Below, piece by piece: positions 58,705 through 64,000 of a stretch of 64,000 nt of DNA (position 1 is its first letter; each line of letters opens with the position of its first letter). Both the position numbers and the translations under genes were made by a program. The notes under the pieces are model-generated. The model had not been told where the DNA came from. It saw nothing but the letters and a program-made list of their open reading frames with translations, and did not search any database. Origin of the DNA: Gammaproteobacteria bacterium (lineage in GTDB: Bacteria; Pseudomonadota; Gammaproteobacteria; Pseudomonadales; Balneatricaceae); NCBI GenBank assembly GCA_030748435.1, contig JASMLZ010000068.1, positions 721-64,720 of the forward strand, written 5' to 3'.

Positions 58705-59634
58705 TTGAAGCAAGCTGCGTATAAACCTTGGCTAGCCGCTGCACTGGATTTGGGTTCCAATAGTTTTCATGTGACTATTGTTGATACTCGTGTCCAGCCT
58801 TATCGCGTGTTATTTCGCTATGGTGAAAAAGTACAGCTGGGAGCTGGTTTGGATAGCCATAACCAATTATCTGCTGAGGCACTGGCAAGAGGCCTCAATG
58901 CCATTCGTGGTATGGCCGACCGCATGGCACAGGTGGTCCCGCAACAGCGCTATATTGTGGCCACAAATACTTTGCGCGTGGCCAGCAATCGGCAGGACTT
59001 TATCCGCTCGGCAGAACAAATCTTGCAGGCGCCAGTACAAGTTATTAGTGGCGAGCGAGAGGCCCAACTGATCTTTGCCGGTGTAGTAGATGAACTATCG
59101 AGCCTCACCTTAGGCAATAGGGTTAAATTGGTGATTGATATTGGCGGCGGTAGTACAGAAATTTCCTGTGGCAATGACACCCCACGCTTGCTTAATAGCT
59201 TCCCTATGGGTTGTGTTGCCTACAGTCGTGAATTTTTCCCGGATCGCTGCATCACCTTGGCCGCTATGCAAGCGGCGGTACAAGCGGCTCGCCAATGTGT
59301 AATAAACCATGTTGCGCAGTATCAAAGTTATGGTTGGCAGTTTGCTGTGGGATCATCTGGGACCATCAAAGCCCTGACAGCCCTAAGTGGACAAAAGGAT
59401 CAGGGATTGCCGTTACTGACGCAGTCGAGTATGGCCACCATTGAACAACGTATTATGCAGTTTGCCACCTTGGATGAAGTTAACTTGGCTAACTTGCGTC
59501 CTGACCGTGGGGAAGTACTTCCTGCCGGCTATGCTATTACCCTGGGTCTGATGCAGGCTTTTCAACTGGATCAGTTATATTTCTCCAGCAGTGCTTTGCG
59601 TGAGGGGGTTATTGCCAGCTATATAAAGACCTAG
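58705..59634 (+). CDS. Ppx/GppA-family phosphatase (N-terminal actin-like ATPase domains only)
   Basis: 309 aa with a TTG start in the ORF track. AALDLGSNSFHV and DIGGGSTE are the Ppx/GppA phosphate-binding motifs. Confidence 0.75.
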   Translation: MKQAAYKPWLAAALDLGSNSFHVTIVDTRVQPYRVLFRYGEKVQLGAGLDSHNQLSAEALARGLNAIRGMADRMAQVVPQQRYIVATNTLRVASNRQDFIRSAEQILQAPVQVISGEREAQLIFAGVVDELSSLTLGNRVKLVIDIGGGSTEISCGNDTPRLLNSFPMGCVAYSREFFPDRCITLAAMQAAVQAARQCVINHVAQYQSYGWQFAVGSSGTIKALTALSGQKDQGLPLLTQSSMATIEQRIMQFATLDEVNLANLRPDRGEVLPAGYAITLGLMQAFQLDQLYFSSSALREGVIASYIKT

Positions 59635-59670
59635 GCTGCCTATATATGCAAATACCTATTGCCGGTCCAA

Positions 59671-59700
59671 ATACACCAGCCCCTACTAAGGCTGGTGTAT
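59671..59700. terminator. 11-bp perfect hairpin between the convergent ppx-like and ABC ATPase genes
   Basis: ATACACCAGCC-cctactaa-GGCTGGTGTAT. There is no clear T-run on either side, so its terminator function is uncertain. Confidence 0.45.
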
Positions 59701-59713
59701 ACACATGACAAGT

Positions 59714-60448
59714 TTAAACTGCCAGGTATTCTTCGCGCAGAGCCTGATTATCCAGCACCTCTTGCGCGGTGCCAGTAAACACAATTTCACCAGTATCGAT
59801 GATAATGGCGTGGTCAGCCAGTTTTAGCGCTGCCACGGCATTTTGCTCGACGATTATAGTGGTAATACCCATCTTCTTAACTTCCTGCAACATGCGCTCA
59901 ATTTCCTGGACGATAACTGGTGCCAAGCCCTCATAAGGCTCATCCAGTAACAGCAATTTAACGTCACGGCATAGAGCGCGGGCAACAGAAAGCATTTGTT
60001 GTTCGCCCCCAGATAAAGATGATGCTTCCTGTTTGCGACGTTCTGCCAAACGCGGGAAGTGGCTGTAGACTCGCTCTTTATCCCAGCCTATTGGCTCGGC
60101 GATTTGGGCCAGAGTAAGGTTATCTTCCACGGTGACGCCAGGGATAATACGCCGATCTTCACAGACCAGTTGAATGCCATTGCGGGCAGCTTCATATGTT
60201 TCCATAGTGTGCATTGCCTGCCCATTTAACCAGATTTCTCCACTGGTTAACGCAGGCTGGTTAGCTCGGGCAATGGTACGCAAAGTAGAGGATTTGCCAG
60301 CACCGTTACGGCCTAAAAGAGCAACAATTTCTCCTTCTGGGATATCAAAAGATACACCTTGCACTACATAACTTTCACCATAGTAGGCGTTTAAGTCACG
60401 ACAGGAGAAGAAAGATTGCACTTGGTGATTGTTTGCTAATACGCTCAT
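59714..60448 (-). CDS. Branched-chain-amino-acid-type (HAAT) ABC transporter ATP-binding protein, LivF-like
   Basis: It has Walker A GRNGAGKSS, LSGGEQQM and LLLDEP. The start was trimmed to the ATG at 60448, which is preceded by AAGGAGA; the ORF-track extension overlaps the upstream gene. Confidence 0.85.
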   Translation of the reverse strand: MSVLANNHQVQSFFSCRDLNAYYGESYVVQGVSFDIPEGEIVALLGRNGAGKSSTLRTIARANQPALTSGEIWLNGQAMHTMETYEAARNGIQLVCEDRRIIPGVTVEDNLTLAQIAEPIGWDKERVYSHFPRLAERRKQEASSLSGGEQQMLSVARALCRDVKLLLLDEPYEGLAPVIVQEIERMLQEVKKMGITTIIVEQNAVAALKLADHAIIIDTGEIVFTGTAQEVLDNQALREEYLAV

Positions 60449-60458
60449 TATATTCTCC

Positions 60459-61211
60459 TTACACTTGCGCTTCGCCAAGGTAGGCTTCAATGACTTTTGG
60501 GTGACCTTTGATGTCATCTGGCGAACCTTCGGCAATAATTTGCCCTTGCGCCAGTACCGAAATTTTTTCTGACAAGGAAAATACCACATTCATATCGTGT
60601 TCTACGATAACCTTGGTTATACCGTCCTGCAGATTATTCAGCAGTTCAATAGTTTGCTCAGTTTCGTGACGCGCCATACCTGCTGTTGGCTCGTCCAACA
60701 ATAGCAGGCGTGGTTTGTGAGCCAAACAAATAGCCATTTCCAAGCGGCGTTTGTCACCTCGCGATAGACTGTCAGCACGCACATGCAGCTTATCCTTGAG
60801 GCCGAGTTCACAGATCTGCTCTTCAGCAAATTCAATCAATGGTCGTTGGTGGCTGCTACTTTCAAACATATTCATACGAAAAGAACCATCACGGGCAGCA
60901 AATACTGGGATGGTGACATTTTCTAAAACGGTCATTTCTGGAAATACAGCCGGTGTTTGAAAAACCTTGGCAATACCTAACTGGTTAATGTCGTGTGGCT
61001 TTACATTCAATAGCGGTTTGCCATCGAACATTACCGAACCATCGTTGGGTTCCAACATGCCAGTCAGGACGTTTAACAGCGTTGATTTACCTGCACCATT
61101 AGGGCCAATCAAAGCATGGGTGGTTCCTTCTTCAATCTTCAGGTTGACATTTTGTAGAGCTTTCAGGCCACCAAAGTTAAGAGAGACCTGATGAATATCT
61201 AAAATAGGCAT
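60459..61211 (-). CDS. HAAT ABC transporter ATP-binding protein, LivG-like
   Basis: 250 aa with GPNGAGKST, LSRGDKRRLE and LLLDEP. Confidence 0.85.
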   Translation of the reverse strand: MPILDIHQVSLNFGGLKALQNVNLKIEEGTTHALIGPNGAGKSTLLNVLTGMLEPNDGSVMFDGKPLLNVKPHDINQLGIAKVFQTPAVFPEMTVLENVTIPVFAARDGSFRMNMFESSSHQRPLIEFAEEQICELGLKDKLHVRADSLSRGDKRRLEMAICLAHKPRLLLLDEPTAGMARHETEQTIELLNNLQDGITKVIVEHDMNVVFSLSEKISVLAQGQIIAEGSPDDIKGHPKVIEAYLGEAQV

Positions 61212-61222
61212 GATGACTCTCC

Positions 61223-62185
61223 TTACTCTTGCTTAATACGTTTGTACAGGCGGGATAAAGCTTCCATAAAGCCACCTGGCATAAAGATTACAACGGCCAT
61301 AAAGATAAAGCCTAGTACCAGTAACCACTGTTCCCCCAGATCTACCGACAGAACATTTTCGAAGTAGAGCATAAATCCTGCTCCCAACATGGGGCCAACC
61401 AGTGTGCCAACACCACCAATCACACTCATAATGACGATTTCACCAGACTGATGCCAGCCTAGGAATTCATGGCCTACAAAGGGTTCATATACCACCATTA
61501 GAGCACCGGCCAGGCCAGCATACATAGCACTGATAACAAACGTCAGCAGCTTATATTTACGCGCATTAATACCCGTGTACTCCAGACGTTGCTGATTACA
61601 TTTGATAGCCCGCATCATCAAACCTACCGGAGATCGCTCAATACGCTTGGCAATATAAAACATGATAATGGCAACCAGGGTGACCAAGTAGAATACCGCA
61701 TCACCTTGCATTTTGATGCCTGCCAACATAGGTGTTGGCATACCAGTGAGGCCGTTTTCGCCACCTGTCCATTCCTGCAACATAGCCATGGCCATGGAGT
61801 GAAACATCTCCGCGAAGGCTAGGGTCAGGATAGAGAAGTAAATGCCGGTGCGCTTTAGGGTTAGTAAGCCAATGATTACAGCCACTAGGGTAGAAACCAA
61901 TACCGCAACCATGATGGCAGGAATGATTTGAGCAGAAAAATCTTTTAGCATCAGACCTGTAGTATAGGCTGCGATGCCAAAGAAAGCAGCGTGTCCAAAG
62001 GACAGGTAGCCCGTATAACCTAACAGCAAATCAAAGCCAACCACAAAGATACAAAAGATCATAATCTTGGTGTCTAGCCCAGAGTAACCACCAAGCAAGG
62101 GGAACCAAAAAGGCATGGTAAGTGCGATTAGAGCGAAGATCACGACAGCTTTATTGCGTTGTAAAAAACCTTGTTGTATGTTCAT
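61223..62185 (-). CDS. HAAT ABC transporter permease, LivM-like
   Basis: 320 aa polytopic protein with the motif GYTGYLSFGHAAFFGIAAY. Confidence 0.85.
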   Translation of the reverse strand: MNIQQGFLQRNKAVVIFALIALTMPFWFPLLGGYSGLDTKIMIFCIFVVGFDLLLGYTGYLSFGHAAFFGIAAYTTGLMLKDFSAQIIPAIMVAVLVSTLVAVIIGLLTLKRTGIYFSILTLAFAEMFHSMAMAMLQEWTGGENGLTGMPTPMLAGIKMQGDAVFYLVTLVAIIMFYIAKRIERSPVGLMMRAIKCNQQRLEYTGINARKYKLLTFVISAMYAGLAGALMVVYEPFVGHEFLGWHQSGEIVIMSVIGGVGTLVGPMLGAGFMLYFENVLSVDLGEQWLLVLGFIFMAVVIFMPGGFMEALSRLYKRIKQE

Positions 62186-63087
62186 TATTCGAATACTCCC
62201 TTAGCACCCAATAGACCCCGTGGACGAACCAGAAGAACAATAACGGTAATCAGGTAAATAATGATGGTGGAAAGGTTTATATCGTAAGCAGTAAAGCTTT
62301 GCGCCATACCAATAAGTATGCCAGCCAATACAGCACCACTTAGAGAACCCATGCCGCCGATCACAACCACTAAAAAGGAAGGTACCAGCAAGTGCATACC
62401 GACTTCGGGTGATACTTGGGTAACAGGGCCACCAAAGACGCCGGCAATACCAGCAATAAGAGAACCAAGACCAAACACAATCATAAAGCGGCGATTAATA
62501 TTCACCCCTAAAAATTGCAGCATTTCCGAATCCCGCATTCCAGCTCGGATGACCAGACCAAAAGTAGTCCAGTGCAGCAAGGCAAACACGGCAGACACAG
62601 TCACAATAGACACAACTACCAGAATCATGCGCCACTTGGGATAAACTACAAAGCCTTCCAGAAAAGGGAACCATTCATGCATCAGAATAATGCCGTTGCC
62701 CCAGCTGGGTATGGCAAAAGGAATATTGTTAGCACCAAAAACCCACTTCAGGAGTTCCTGTATGACGATGGCCAAACCAAAAGTGACCAGAATTTGATCA
62801 GTATGTGGCCGGTTGTAAAAAAATTGAATCAAACCACGTTCCATGGCCAACCCAAGTATAAACAGGATGGTTGGAACGAGAACCAGCGCCATACCAAAAC
62901 CCATAGCGTCATTAATAGATACGGCGAGATAAATCGCTACCAGGTACAGGGCACCGTGGGCGAAATTAACCACTCCCAAGGTGCCAAAAATAAGAGTCAG
63001 CCCAAGTGCGATAAGCACGTAGATCGATCCCATTTGTAGGCCGGTGAGCAGTTGCATAAAGAATGCATTGATCGACAGGTCAAACAT
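62185..63087 (-). CDS. HAAT ABC transporter permease, LivH-like
   Basis: 300 aa polytopic protein with the motif GVVNFAHGALY. Confidence 0.85.
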   Translation of the reverse strand: MFDLSINAFFMQLLTGLQMGSIYVLIALGLTLIFGTLGVVNFAHGALYLVAIYLAVSINDAMGFGMALVLVPTILFILGLAMERGLIQFFYNRPHTDQILVTFGLAIVIQELLKWVFGANNIPFAIPSWGNGIILMHEWFPFLEGFVVYPKWRMILVVVSIVTVSAVFALLHWTTFGLVIRAGMRDSEMLQFLGVNINRRFMIVFGLGSLIAGIAGVFGGPVTQVSPEVGMHLLVPSFLVVVIGGMGSLSGAVLAGILIGMAQSFTAYDINLSTIIIYLITVIVLLVRPRGLLGAKGVFE

Positions 63088-63204
63088 TGCTGATGCTCCA
63101 TTTGCTGTTATTGCAGAACAGAATTAACAATAATTCTAGTTATAAAAACACCGCAGGATAAAGGCATTATTTTGCATGTGTTTTTGTTAATAATTTATGT
63201 AAAA

Positions 63205-63260
63205 AAGTGGGCAGTCAATATACCCACTTTAATAACAGGCCAGCCCCATGGCTGGCCTGT
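63205..63260 (-). terminator. Two intercistronic hairpins between the binding-protein gene and the permease genes, the second followed by a T6 run on the minus strand
   Basis: The first is ACAGGCCAGCC-ccat-GGCTGGCCTGT (63235-63260). The second is AGTGGG...CCCACT (63205-63227), with an A6 run on the plus strand that reads as T6 on the minus strand. Confidence 0.55.
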
Positions 63261-63281
63261 CAATGATCATACAAGGGCTCA

Positions 63282-64000
63282 CTAAGCTGGCTTGTATGGA
63301 CCCAGCTCACCTGGGAAGATGCTTGGGTCGTAGTCTGCCGTGGCACGATCTACTTCCTGTAATACTTCCAGATAGTCAAAATCACTGGTACGAGCCGATG
63401 GGGATTTACCCTTCATCACCAGCATGCTCTTGATACACTGGTGGTCAACACCACGGTACAGGGTTGAACCGTTACCCGCGCCATCAAACTCAAAGTCTTC
63501 CAGAGCCTTGATAACTGCTGGTGGGTAGAAGGTGCCTGCCATTTCACAAGCATTGGCATATAGCAGAGTCTGTACATAACAGGTATGAGCAGCCTGTGAG
63601 GGTGGGAAGCCATACTCATCAGTAAAGGCTTTAACGAATACCTTGGAACCTTCATCCTGAAGCGCCCAGTTCCAACCGGAGGTGCCTAGTACACCATCGA
63701 TATTGGTGGATCCGGCTCCTTTAGCCATTAGGCGAGAGTATAGTGGTACCACGATCTCCAGATTTTTGCCGTTTTTCTGCATATCACGCATACCGAAGTT
63801 AACAGCATTGGTCAAAGAGTTCACCATATTTGCGCCATAGTGGTTTAATACCAGTACGTCAGCATCAGAGTTCAATACCTGAGCCAAATATTGTGAGAAG
63901 TCGGTAGTTTTCAGAGGCGTCATAATATTGCCCTCTGTGGCCCAACCTTCAGCCTCGGTAAACTGTTGCATGGATTCTTGCTGAGTATGACCCCAGGAAT
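63282..64000 (-). CDS. Periplasmic binding protein, type I (LivJ/K / amide-binding family); N-terminus lies outside the window
   Basis: I checked the codons between 63972 and 63998, and the frame stays open to the window edge upstream of the ORF-track Met. It heads the HAAT transporter operon. Confidence 0.7.
   Translation of the reverse strand, partial: SWGHTQQESMQQFTEAEGWATEGNIMTPLKTTDFSQYLAQVLNSDADVLVLNHYGANMVNSLTNAVNFGMRDMQKNGKNLEIVVPLYSRLMAKGAGSTNIDGVLGTSGWNWALQDEGSKVFVKAFTDEYGFPPSQAAHTCYVQTLLYANACEMAGTFYPPAVIKALEDFEFDGAGNGSTLYRGVDHQCIKSMLVMKGKSPSARTSDFDYLEVLQEVDRATADYDPSIFPGELGPYKPA

Overview
This looks like a chromosomal segment of a Gram-negative bacterium, probably a gammaproteobacterium. 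I cannot name the taxon from sequence alone. It is densely coding (about 50 genes), and I found no tRNA or rRNA genes, CRISPR arrays, transposases, integrases or phage genes. Housekeeping genes (pdxJ, leuA, guaC, monomeric icd, sseA, fadH, a DEAD-box helicase) are interspersed with a strong theme of methyl-group and methylated-amine oxidation plus supply of the cofactors those enzymes need. (1) A LysR-controlled operon encodes a non-pyrrolysine MttB-family methyltransferase and two dimethylglycine/sarcosine-dehydrogenase-type flavoproteins (852-8531). (2) An NAD-type molybdenum formate dehydrogenase (fused gamma/beta subunit plus alpha) lies near fdhD, mobA and a mobB-moeA fusion. (3) A cobalamin riboswitch precedes a five-gene ECF-type cobalt transporter wedged between the Moco genes (25100-28742). 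(4) Heterotetrameric sarcosine oxidase soxBDAG. (5) A second LysR-controlled operon encodes a second MttB paralog, an OYE/FAD N-methylproline-demethylase-like flavoprotein and two SDRs (52254-58636). Next to it are a DapA-family/aldehyde dehydrogenase/FAD-oxidase trio and two ABC importers, one polyamine/opine-type and one branched-chain-amino-acid-type. The most interesting point is that neither MttB locus, nor anything else in the 64 kb, has a corrinoid protein, methylcorrinoid:THF methyltransferase or reductive activase. All characterised MttB-family systems need these, so the loci are candidate uncharacterised quaternary-amine demethylation routes. Smaller features include a MerR/CDF metal module with a textbook 19-bp-spacer promoter, a two-copy REP-like hairpin element, LysR and Lrp operator palindromes, several intrinsic terminators and two unusually long ORF-free gaps flanking an orphan SDR. 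Several ORF-track starts appear over-extended and I trimmed them by homology and RBS. All product calls rest on my reading of the translated ORFs; no database search was run.
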